Of a stretch of DNA of 64,000 nt, positions 43,582 through 59,317 are shown piece by piece. Within the stretch, counting starts at the first letter, position 1; each line of letters starts with the position of its first letter. Location: NCBI RefSeq assembly GCF_009914755.1, contig NC_060938.1; one strand, written 5' to 3'. The translations under genes and the position numbers were made by a program. This DNA is from the human T2T-CHM13v2.0 reference genome, Homo sapiens. The notes under the pieces are model-generated. The model saw only the letters and a program-made list of their open reading frames with translations, was not told the DNA's origin and searched no databases.

Positions 43582-43924
43582 AAGAGAAGACATTTTTAAT
43601 AACCCATTTTACTGCTCCCAAATTGGGACTTTTAAAGATGAATTAATATGTGCATCTACACCACCCGCACTCACAGACAGCTGAGGACTCCATTCTGTCA
43701 GCTAGTTTATTTGGCTTCTTTGTTTACTCGGGGAACCAAAATGTTGGCAGAAAGTACGATTTGGGACCTATCCTACCCATATGTGTACCCACAAAAATAA
43801 TTTAAAGAGCTCTTTGAGACAAAATTGTTTAAAATCAATGGAATGTGTACTGGAGAAGGGTTAAATGTTTTACAAATAAAATTACCTGTGGTATACCCAT
43901 AGCTGTGACAGCTATAAGGCAGCA

Positions 43925-44035
43925 TTTTGTGGCAGAAAGAATGAAGACTTTTGAGTCCAATACTTAGAAAAACTACTTTGCATCTCTGAGCCTCAGTTTT
44001 TCTCATCTGCAAAATAAAAATAATAGGAAGATTGT
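43925..44035 (+). mobile_element. MIR
   Basis: tctctgagcctcagtttttctcatctgcaaaat core. Confidence 0.7.
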
Positions 44036-44728
44036 AAACTGCCTTAAAAACAGATAAGGGTTCATATGAATTATTCTGTATTTGATTTCAGAAGTCAAAT
44101 TCATTACCTTTTCTGGGATGACCATGGATTTTCATATTCTTCACTATTTGGTGGTCACCTATGCGTCCCATTCCTCCTTGGACTGAAATGGCCCTTCATA
44201 TGAAGATGTGTCCAGTTATTCATTTGAAAGATATGTTTTATCTCAGATAACTGTCCAAATTTGCCACTTAATATTTGTTCACAATATCTTTTATGTACTG
44301 AAAATAATTATATCAACAAATAGCCCATGTGTGATTTCATCCATTACTTGGGATTCTTCTGATTCCTAATCAGATAAAGTGTTTATCTGTGTTTTTCTAG
44401 TTGTTTGATGCTTTCATATTTGGTTAACACACTGATCCATTTAATAGGAATCATGACCATCTTTAACTGGGAGTCTTTGAAATTGCTCAGCAGCCCAGAG
44501 TTGGATCTGAGTGTATGTATCTTCCAATTTACTCTTTGAATTTTCATTGCTCATAAAGAAATATAAACACTTAGCTTCTTTGTGTGCCCATGAAATAGCT
44601 ATGGGCTGGGAAGGTACTGGAAAGAGTCGTTGGTAAAGGCATGACTGGAAGTAGTGTTTCAAAAGGCAGAGGCAGTATGAGGAGGAAGTGAGAAATGAGG
44701 GAGTATTATGCTCCAAGATCTTATCCTT

Positions 44729-45449
44729 TGCTATATCTGAATATTTGTGTACCCCCAAATTTATATGTTGAAACCTGTATTAGTCTGTTCATATACTGCT
44801 AGTAAAGACATACTTGGGACTGGGTAATTTATAAAGAAAAGAGGTTTACTGGACTCACAGTTCCACATGGCTGGAGAGGCCTCACAATCATGGCGGAAGA
44901 CGAAGAGCAAAGGGACATCTGACATGGCAGCAGGCAAAGAGAGTTTGTGTAGGGGAACTGGCCTTCATAAAACCATCAGATCTCCTGAGGCTTATTCACT
45001 ATCAGGAGAACAGCACAGGGAAAACCTGCCCTGGTGACTCAATTATCTCCCACCAGGGCTCTCCCACGACACTTGGGGATTATTACAATTCAAGGTGAGA
45101 TTTGGGTGGGGACACAGAGCCAAATCCTATCAAAACCTAATCACCAATGTAATTGTATTGGGAGGTAATACCTTTGGGAATTAATTTGGTCATAGGGTAG
45201 AGCCCTCATGAATGGGATGACTGTCCTTATAAAATAAGCCCCAGAGAGATGCCTTGCCTTGTTCCACCATGTGAGAACACACAATAAAGGTGTCAACTTG
45301 AACTGAAAAGTGGGTCTCCACCAGACATTGACACTGCTGTACCTTGACTTGGACTTCCCTGCTCCAGAACCATGAGTAATAAATTTCTCTTGTTTACAAG
45401 CTACACAGTTTATGTTATTTTGCCAGAGCTACCTTCATGGATTAAGGCA
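44729..45449 (+). mobile_element. MLT1A-like LTR interrupted by THE1
   Basis: tgctatatctgaatatttgtgtacccccaaatttatatgttgaaacc|taatcaccaatg...agagccctcatgaatggga...ggattaaggca. Confidence 0.85.
44776..45132 (-). mobile_element. THE1 (C-like) MaLR solo LTR, 357 bp
   Basis: tgtattagtctgtt...gactcacagttccacatggctgg...gatttgggtggggacacagagccaaatcctatca; perfect TSD AAACC (44771-44775, 45133-45137). Confidence 0.93.
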
Positions 45450-46040
45450 CTCTTAATATCATAAAAAAGAAGAACCTTAAAGTCAAGTAAAAGGGAAACA
45501 CAGAAGGGAGGTCTCAGAAAGGTAGTAGAACTTGAGCCGGACCTGTCTGATAAGTAGGGCCTACATACATGCCAAAGATGGCTGGTGCTCTGGAATTTGA
45601 ACACAGTAGACCAGATTAAAGAAATCCACACAAGATGCTATATTTAAAAATGTAAGTAGGCATATGCTTTGACTAGATGTTAAGCTGGGGCATTCAAAGA
45701 TAAAATCAAGTTTATCACTGAAAACACTAATATAATTTTCATTCTTCTGATTAAATTGGACTTGAAATCAATCATTTGCATTTTAAAACAATATTTCTTT
45801 TTTTTTCATTTCACTTCTTTTTGTTTGTTTTAATTACTATTATACTTTAAGTTTTAGGGTACATGTGCACAACTTGCAGGTTTGTTACATATGTATACAT
45901 GTGCCATGTTGGTGGGCTGCACCCATTAACTCGTCATTTAGCATTAGGTATATCTCCTGATGCTATCCCTCCCCCTTCCACCCCGCCAACACTCCCCGGT
46001 GTGTGATGTTCCCCTTCCTGTTTCCGTGTGTTCTCATTGT

Positions 46041-49866
<3,826 letters not shown>

Positions 49867-49929
49867 TATGATGTTAGCTGGTTATTTTGCTTGTTAGTTG
49901 ATGCAGTTTATTCCTAGCCTTGATGGTCT

Positions 49930-50926
49930 TTAAAATTTGGCATGTTTTTGCAGTGGCTGGTACCGGTTGTTCCTTTCCATGTTTAGTGCTTCCTTCAGGA
50001 GCTCTTTTAGGGCAGGCCTGGTGGTGACAAAATGTCTCAGCATTTGCTTGTCTGTAAAGTATTTTATCTCTCCTTCACTTATGAAGCTTAGTTTGGCTGG
50101 ATATGAAATTCTGGGTTGAAAATTCTTTTCTTTGAGAATGTTGAATATTGGCCCCCACTCTCTTCTGGCTTGTAGAGTTGCTGCTGAGAGATCAGCTGTT
50201 AGTCTGATGGGCTTCCCTTTGTGGGTAACCTGACCTTTCTCTCTGGCTGCCCTTAACATTTTTTCCTTCATTTCAACTTTGGTGAATATGACAATTATGT
50301 GTCTTGGTTATCTTTGTGGCATTCTCTGTATTTCCTGAATTTGAATGTTAGCTTGCCTTGCTAGATTGGGGAAGTTCTCCTGGATAATATCCTGCAGAAT
50401 GTTTTCCAACTTGGTTCCATTCTCCCCGTCAGTTTCAGGTACACCAATCAGACGTAGATTTGGTCTTTTCACATAGTCCCATATTTCTTGGAGGCTTTGT
50501 TCGTTTCTTTTTATTCTTTTTTCTCTAAACTTCTTTTCATGCTTCATTTTATTCATTTTGTCTTCCATCACTGATACCCTTTCTTCCAGTTGATCGCATC
50601 ACTTACTGAGGCTTGTGCATTCGTCACGTAGTTCTCGTGCCTTGGTTTTCAGCTCCATCAGGTCCTTTTAGGACTTCTCTGCATTGGTTATTCTAGTTAT
50701 CCATTCGTCTAATTTTTTTTTCAAAGTTTTTAACTTCTTTTCCATTGGTTCGAACTTCCTCCTTTAGCTCGGAGTAGTTTCATCTTCTGAAGCCTTCCTC
50801 TCACCTGGTCAAAGTCATTCTCCGTCCAGCTTTGTTCCATTGCTGGTGAGGAGCTGCATTCCTTGGAGGAGGAGAGGCACTCTGATTTTTAGAGTTTCCG
50901 GTTTTTCTGCTCGGTTTTTCCCCCAT
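49930..50926 (-). pseudogene. L1 ORF1p, disrupted
   Basis: ATG at 50926; pieces 50308-50571 (EIWDYVKRPNLRLIGVPE) and 49930-50271 (ARREWGPIF...YPAKLSF); ~18-19 bp deletion near 50307. Confidence 0.95.
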
Positions 50927-51951
50927 CTTTGTGGTTTTATCTACCTTTGGTCTTTGATGATGGTGATGTACAGATGGGTTTTTGGTGTGGATGTCCTTTC
51001 TGTTTGTTAGTTTTCCTTCTAACAGTCAGGACCCTCAGCTGCAGGTCTGTTGGAGTTTACTTGAGGTCCACTCCAGACTCTGTTTGCCTGGGTATCAGCA
51101 GCAGTGGCTGCAGAACAGCAGATATTGGTGAACTGCAAATGCTGCTGCCTGATCCTTCCTCTGGAAGTTTTGTCTCAGAGGAGTACCCATCTGTGTGAGG
51201 TGTCAGTCCGCCCCTACTGGGAGGTTCCTCCCAGTTAGGCTACTTGGGGGTCAGGGACCCACTTGAGGAGGCAGTCTGCCCGTTCTCAGATCTCAAGCTG
51301 TGAGCTTGGAGAACCACTACTCTCTTCAAAACTGTCAGACAGGGACATTTAAGTCTGCAGAGGTTATTGCTGCCTTTTGTTTGTCTGTGCCCTCCCCCAG
51401 AGGTGGAGCCTACAAAGTGAGGCAGTCCTCCTTGACCTGTGTTGGGCTCCACCCAGTTCGAGCTTCCTGGCGGCTTTGTTTACCTACTCAAGCCTGAGCA
51501 ATGGCGGGCGCCCCTCCCTCAGCCTCACTGCCACCTTGCAGTTTGATCTCAGACTGCTGTGCTAGCAATGAGTGAGACTCCATGGGCGGAGGACCCTCCG
51601 AGCCAGGTGTGGGATATCAACTCCTGGTGTGCCATTTGATAAGCCCGTTGGAAAAGCACAGTATTAGGGTGTGAGTGACCCAATTTTCCAGGTGCCGTCT
51701 GTCACCCCTTTCTTTGACTAGGAAAGGGAATTCCCTGACCCCTTGCGCTTCCCGGGTGAGGCGATGCCTTGCCCTGCTTCAGATCACACACGGTGTGCTG
51801 CACCCACTGTCCTGCACCCACTGTCTGGCACTCCCCATTGAGATGAACCCAGTACCTCAGTTGGAAATGCAGAAATCACCCGTCTTCTGCGTCGCTCATG
51901 CTGGGAGCTGTAGACTGGAGCTGTTCCTATTCGGCCATCTTGGCTCCACCC
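50927..51951 (-). promoter_or_regulatory. L1 5'UTR: internal sense promoter (YY1 site) and antisense promoter firing on the + strand
   Basis: YY1 motif cggccatcttg at 51932-51942; ORF0-type ATGGCGGGCGCC at 51501. Promoter activity is inferred from family knowledge, not shown by the sequence. Confidence 0.8.
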
Positions 51952-54900
51952 AAAACAATATTTCTATTAGACATTCACGTTGCATTTTTATTAGCCTGTA
52001 CCACATTTTAGTAGGTATTTTCGGTTGTTTTTAAAATAATTAGGACTGGTGTTGTGAACACTACTAGTACATTTGAAATAATAATGCGTAAACTTTTAAA
52101 TGTTTTCTTTCTTTGAAAATACATTAAAGTTATATTCTAGGTTTACAGTAACTATATTTCAGTAAAACTAAAATGCATTGTTACAATGCAGAACAAAGTA
52201 CATGTATTTCTATACCTATCTTATACTGATAACAGTTTCCTTGGCACTGTGGGAGAATACAAAAGTAGTAACACAGACTTATGGATACCACAAGCACACG
52301 GTCTAACAGAAAGCAGGGGTGAAAAAGTCTAGTGAACTAGGCTGAACAAGGATGAACACAATAAATAGGATAATAATACATCACCTGTGTAGTACAGACT
52401 GCAAGTTGCATGGACATTTGGAACTGAGGACAAAAGTACAACATATTAGGACAAACTTAACATGGGAAAATCAGGAAGTTGGTATTAGGCTCAAATATGG
52501 CAATACCCACAAGAGCACTTTATACACAGTGAGGTAAGATTCAAATCTGACACAGAAAGAGCTTCTTGTCTGCTAGGACATTAGGAATTAGAAGGCCTTC
52601 AACAGAGCCCTATCTTTGCTCCTTCTTCACTCATTCAGTGCATGTCATTATATGTAATTTATTTTTTTCTGAGGACCCATTCTCCCTTCTACAAAATCGT
52701 CACATTTCTATTACTAATTAAAACTCACTGAAAAATCAATGTATTTCACATTTTATTTTAGTTGACAAAAAAGCTCCTAGATGTGAATGTTATCATTGAC
52801 CCCATGAAGACGCTGGGAGGATGAATGTGAGAAATGTGATGAAATACACAAGTTCTTCCTAAACTGGAAAATGCTTTCTTTTTTGTAAACTGGAAATTAT
52901 CTCCTTTCTTTCTTACCTCCTTTTTAAAAATTTATTTCGCCAAAATACTACCTAGAAAAAAATGTTGCTTTTGAATTTTCTAATGACCTTTATTATTAAG
53001 TGGCTGCTAAAAAGTTAGGAAATGAGAAGATGTAATAATTGTGCAGTCATAAGCCTTATAGTGACTGTTATTTGAAGAAGTCTGAAGATTACTCTCTTAT
53101 TCCCTTACTAAGAGTATGTCTCAAATCAAACCTGAAGCAAAAGCAAGAATTAAGGGAAGAAAATAATTTAGGCTCAGAATAGGCAAGCTTCTATGCACAC
53201 ATCTCTCTCAGAACCAACGAGCCTGAGTGAATTTCCATTTAAGAATCGGAGGATGCATTTGATTTCACTTCACTCTTCCCTGCCACTCTAAATGAGAAAT
53301 TGAAATGAACGCCTATGCAATTTTTACAATTTTGGAAATAGTTGCATTTGGGCAGCAAGTTTCTTGTCATTTCCCTATTAATGCCAATTTCTGAGGTAAA
53401 CCATCCCATAATATTTTTAACAGGTCAATGGCTAGAGTAATAGAGAAATTTCAACATATCAGTTTTCATTGCATATTTGAAGTGGGGGAGCTGAATGTCA
53501 TTCCAGCAATTTAAATTTTCTAACAAAACCTACTGATATGTAAAACTCCCATTTGGTAGGTCTCTTTCTTTGGGGAAAAATATATTTTAATGTTTAGTTC
53601 CATTTATTTATAATTATAATTTCATATCCCAAGGAATTATGTTCAATGTACTTTTAAAGTTTTTCTCCATATCTTTTATAACTATTTTTGAGGTACAGCT
53701 AATGCTGTATGGTGCAGATGCTAAGATAGCCACTTAATGACAGAGATTCATGGGGAAAAAGTAGAGAACAAATGTATAGATTTTGATTTTTCATATACTT
53801 TTCTGAGTAAAGTGAGAAAAAACTTGATAAAGGAAATGTTAACCGTTTGGGACACGTCCTTACATTAATACAAACTAGTAGTTGCTGACTTGGTTTTCCT
53901 TGCCTGAAAGAAAATAAAAATGAGTCCAACACCACGAAACCCCAGAAATCAAACTGAGCAAACTGAAAAGAGATTTCATAGTGATAAAATGCAAATTATG
54001 CTTTGGTCTCTAGTTCTCTTTAAAAAATATTTTGGAAGCATAGGAAGGAGCAAATAGCAGGAAGAAGATGAAAGGTCCTTAGAAGTACTCATCACACAGA
54101 AGAAAGTACAATTTTCACATACACTTTTGAACCTGCAAGATTAAGCCATTCTGTATAGAAGAATGTTTCAAAGTCTGGGCTCAGGAACAAAGGAAACATG
54201 AAGTCAGATTTCAATTTTTCTGCTTATAAGTAGTTTGGGCAAGTTCCTTCATCCCACCAGTGACAGGTTAGTACATTGTAGATGAGGATAATAATAGGAA
54301 TAATAATAATTCAATCGTGTGAGATTTTTAAGGACCATGGTAAAAGAAAACATATGACATGCCTATCACAGAGTCTGACTCTAGTAAGTGTTTAAAAGTT
54401 GTTGACTGGTTGCATTGTACCCATTCCCCTTTCTAGTAACACAACCTCTCTTCCTTTGGGGGCACACTGCCTCATCAGTAACGCTGTGGGTCAACTAGAA
54501 ATGACTTCACTCCTCTGGCTGCAAGGGTGAATGTTTGAACCAAGATTAGCCAGTCAGTCTATTTCCCAGGTTGATTGTTTGAATGATCAGTGTAGAGACT
54601 CTCTTTCTCATCTTGGTCCTGAGTGCCAAAGGCCAACAAACCTGAAGTTTCCAGAGGCTACTTTCCTACATTATGGGCAAGCATTCCAACCCACTCATGG
54701 AAGAATGAAGCAGAGAATAGAGACTGCTCTGAGAAAAACAGTAAGCCAGTTTTAATGGAATCCCATTTCATACCTTGAACTTCCTAGGTACTTGAAATGG
54801 AAAATTCTTTATTGTTTTAAGCTAACTTGAATTAGGTCTTTGTCATTAGCAATCCATACTCATTCCTTACCAGTTTTTACAGTTAGCTTAATGGTAAGAA

Positions 54901-54973
54901 ATTCATGGCAGTAGGGATTTCAGAATAGCAAAAATGAGTAAAATCTCTAAGCTACTATTAATATATGGTAGCA

Positions 54974-55256
54974 AGCCTGGATGTGGTGGCTCATGCCTAT
55001 AATCCCAGCACTTTGGGGGGCCGAGGCAGGTGGATCACCTGAGGTCAGGAGTTTGAAACCCAGGCTGGCCAACATGGCGAAACCCCGTCTCTACTAAAAA
55101 TACAAAAAATTATCCAGGCGTGGTGGCACACGCCTGTAATCCCAGCTACTTGGGAGGCTGAGGCAGGAGAGAATTGCTTGTATCTGGGAGGCAGAGGTTG
55201 CAGTCAGCCAAGATCACACCATTGCACTCCAGCCTTGGCAACAGAGCGAGACTCTG

Positions 55257-55287
<31 letters not shown>

Positions 55288-55288
55288 C
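54974..55288 (+). mobile_element. AluS with (TC)9(TA)6 in place of poly(A)
   Basis: Full Alu body; TSD TATATGGTAG(C/T)A at 54962-54973 and 55289-55300. Confidence 0.95.
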
Positions 55289-55661
55289 TATATGGTAGTA
55301 GACTAGAGGAGGCTTGGTTGGAAGGTTGCTCATATATATCTGCCATATACTTGATATCCTGAACTAACATGGTTTTCTTCATGTGCTGGAATTAGCTTAA
55401 AAAGAAAACCTTACAATAGCTCTAGACTGTGTCTTTATTATCCTAGGCTTTGGGTACTCCAGGGATAATTTTCACTAAGTTATCCCTCATTTTAATTCTT
55501 GACTTGCTCTTCAAGCACAGCAATAACACGTGTATTTTGTTTATGGTACTTTCTATGCTTTCTTTCTTTGAAAAAAATTATATATTTTTAAGGAATTTTC
55601 AATTGTTTCTAGAGGCTCTCACATCAGAAGAGTCTCCACATGTCTAACAAACTTAAGGAAT

Positions 55662-58301
55662 TGTCTTAGTCCATTTGACTGCTATTACAAAATGCCATAA
55701 ACTGGGCAGATTACAAACAACAGAAATGTATTTCTCACAGTTCTAGAGGCTGAGAAGTCTAAGATCAAGGCATCAGCAGATTTGGTGTTTGGTGAGGACC
55801 TGTTTCCTGGTTTATAGAGGGAGCCTTCTTACCATGTCCTCACATAGTAAAAGGGGCAAGGGAGCTCCGTTAGGCCTCTTTTAATAGGTTGGTGCACTAA
55901 TCCCATTTATGAGAATAGAGCCCTCATGACCTAATACCTGTCAAAGGCCCTACCTCCAAATACTATAACATGGGTTAGTAGGTTTCAACACATAAGTTTG
56001 AGGGGGAAACAAACATTTGGACTATAGTATTCTATCCATGGTTCCTCAAAATACATGTTTTTCTCACATGCAAAATGCATTAATTTCATTCTATTAGCTC
56101 CCAAAACTGTTAACTCATTCCAGCATTAACTTTAAAGTTTAAGTCCAAAAATCTCATCTAAATATCATGTAAGTCAGGTATGAGTGAGACTCAAGATATG
56201 ATTTATCCTGAGGCAAATGCTTTCTATCTATAAACCTGTGAAATCAAATATATTTTGTGCTTCCAGAACACAATGGTAGGGCAGATATAGAATATATATT
56301 CCCATTCCAAAAGGGAATAGAAGAAAGCAATAATAAGCCTAAAACCTAATACCGCAAAAGATATTAAATCTTGAGCATAATCTTTGTCTCAATGTCCTGC
56401 CTTCCAGACACACTGGGGTGGGTTCTGTCCTCCAAAGCTCCCCTGTGTGTTTGCTGGGCATAGCCCACACCACATTTCTCATGGGATGGACTCAGATGCC
56501 TGTGGCTCTCCTAGGCTGGAAGTGCAAGCTGATATTTTTATCATTCTGGGGTCTTGGAGAAGCCCCATTCCCACAACTCCATTAGGCATTGCCCTAATTG
56601 CGACTCTTTGCAGTGGCCCCACTATTATAGCAGCCCTTTGCCTGGGTTCTGTGTCCAAGGCTCAGGAGTTCCATCCTTCAAATTCCAGGTGAAGGTGGCC
56701 ATAGCCCATTGCTCAGGCACTTTTGTGGTGATAGCAGAGATGGCACCTTGAGGTTTACAGTTTGTGCCCTCTGGTGTCGTGGTCACCCCAGCCCAAACTG
56801 CATCTGGTCCCACTGGAGTCACATCTGAGGTGGCCAATGAGTACTATACCAGAATTTGGAGAGTGCAGCTTTGAAGTCTATGCATGCTCCAGGATCTTGT
56901 AGTCTGGCTCATGCTAAGAGGGGCAGCCCCAGTGATCTCTGAAATTTATTTGGAAATATTCTTCCATTGTCTTGGAGAAAAAGTCCTGGTTTCTGTTTAG
57001 ATGGCAGATCAAACTAATCTCTATCAAAAGGTCCCTCAGGGACAACCTTGTTCTCTCCCAAACAAGCTTTCTCTTTTCTTTCAATATAGATAACTGAAAA
57101 TTTTCCCTTTTTTTAAGGTTCTATTCTTTTGATTAAAAATCCCAACTTTAAACTGTCTCTCTTTTCACACTTTACTATAAGTACTCAAGAGAAGCCAAGG
57201 TGCGCTTTTAACATTTTGCTTGGAAATTTTTTTCAGACAAATATCCTAATTTATTGTTCTAAATTCTACCTTCCACAAAACACTATGACACAACCACAAT
57301 TCAGGCAGTTTCTTTGCTACTTTGTAATAAGGATGATGTTTCTCCCATTGTCCAATAACATATTCCTCCTTTCCATCTGAGACCTCAGCAGAATAGCCTC
57401 CTGCCATCCACTTTTTTTTATCAATATTCTGTTCATAACCTCTTAGGTATTCTCTAAGAATATTAAGGCTTTTCTTCTGAGGCCTTACCAGAATCACCCT
57501 TAACAGCCTGTTCACGACAAAGGAGCCTTTTTTCTAGTATTTTGTCTCAAAACTCTTCCAGCCTCTACCTACGGCCCAGTTTCAGAGACACTTTTACATT
57601 TTTAGGTCTTTGTCACAGGAGAACCCCCACTCATTGGTACTAATTTTCTATCTTAGTCCATTTAGGTTGTGATAACGAAATAAGAATACAAAAGAAATAA
57701 GTGGCTGGGCGCGGTGGCTCACACCTGTAATCCCAGCACTTTGGAAGGCCGAGGAGGAGGGTGGATCACTTGAGGTCAGGAGTTCAAGACCAGCCTGGCC
57801 AACATGGTGAAACCTTGTCTCTCTAAAAATCAAAAAAAAAAAAAAAAAAAAAAAAAAGGCCAGGCGTTGTTGCATGTGCCTGTAATCCCAACTACTCAGG
57901 AGGCTGAGGCAGGAGAATTACTTGAACCTGGGAGGTGGAGGTTGCAATGAGCCAAGATCCCAAGATCGTGCCACTGCACTCCAGCCTGGGTGACAGAGCG
58001 AGACTTCTTCAAGAAATAAAAATTAAAAAACAAATAAGCTATAAACAACATATTTTTTTTCTCTCAATTCTGGAAGCTGGAGAGTCCATCAAGGCATTGG
58101 CAGATTGTCTGGTAAGGACCCATTTCCTGGCTCATAGAATGATGCCTTCTCACTGTGTCCTCACAAGGTAGAAGGGGGCAAACCAGCTCTCTGGGGTCTC
58201 TTACAAGAATACAAATCCCACTCACCTACCAACATTATCACCTTGGGGATTAGGTTTCAACATATGAATTTTAAGAGGATATAAACATTTCCACCATAGC
58301 A
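55662..58301 (-). mobile_element. Complete MLT1A-type MaLR provirus: LTR 55662-56029, internal 56030-57648, LTR 57649-58301
   Basis: Two homologous LTRs (t(g/a)tcttagtccattt...catag(c/t)a-like ends) flank MaLR-int sequence ending ttggtactaattttc; outer 5-bp TSD GGAAT/GGAAC. Confidence 0.88.
57703..58030 (+). mobile_element. AluS inserted in MaLR 5' LTR; central linker expanded to A26
   Basis: Left arm 57703-57831, A26 at 57832-57857, right arm from 57858; degenerate TSD aaaa(g/c)aaataag. Confidence 0.95.
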
Positions 58302-59317
58302 GGAACCAATTTAATATTTTTTGTAGAATAAAAAAATTATCCATTCCCACTTATTTCTTTGAAAAATTTCATATGTTCCTAGTTTATGTCACAAGTTATT
58401 AAGTGTTATTTAATCATAAAAGGGGGTTTTGTTCACTTTCTTAAACTACATAATGATATTTATCATGATAGCCTTTAAAATGGATTAAAAGTTATAAGTC
58501 CATGAAAATCTGCCCTTTTAAGAACAATGTTTTATTTCCATAGCATAATGCTTAAATTTTTTAAATAAGATAACAAAGGAGTAAAATGTGACTTTAAACA
58601 GGGCTCAGCTGATTTTTATGACGTTAAAAATGAATGAAGAATAGCCTAGTTATTGGAATATAAAATAAATAACATATGTACAGCACATTGAAATTTGTGA
58701 AATTACCTACTCTCTAGCACCAAGTGTTAGATTAGTGTCTTAGTCTAATTTTCATAATCAGTATTTTCAAAATGCAAGATTAAAATAGAAATTTTTATGT
58801 TTTTCTTTTTATTTTATTTTATTTTTTTTTTTTTGCAGTAGTGCCGGTGGAAGAATTATGGCTCTATTGTGTTTCCACTCTGCCTTTTCAATGGTCATGA
58901 ATTTTATAACTATAACAAAAAAAAAAAACCCTTAAAATATCAGCACCTGCAAAAGTCACCATCACTTCAAGAGCTGATGAGCTCAGCTTTAGGGACTTCA
59001 TAGACTCACACTTTATCCAAAATCTTCCAAGTAAGAACAAAAGTTACTTATTCATTTTTATGCTACACCGTTTAAAGGCAGAACTTCTGAGATTAAACAG
59101 GGATTACAACTCATTCTCTATTGTCAGTCTTAACTAGGGTTGAGGGGATGTTTGAGGTGCGAAGGTTTCCTTCTCCTAGTTTAACTGAGGCATGGCACCA
59201 AGGATGGACCTGTGGATTGCACAGTGGTTGAAAGACATCATTTCTAATTATTATTTCCCAGGTAAGCTGATTTTCATCAATAGTGGCAATCAGGTGCATG
59301 AGCTGTGGAGGAAAGAT

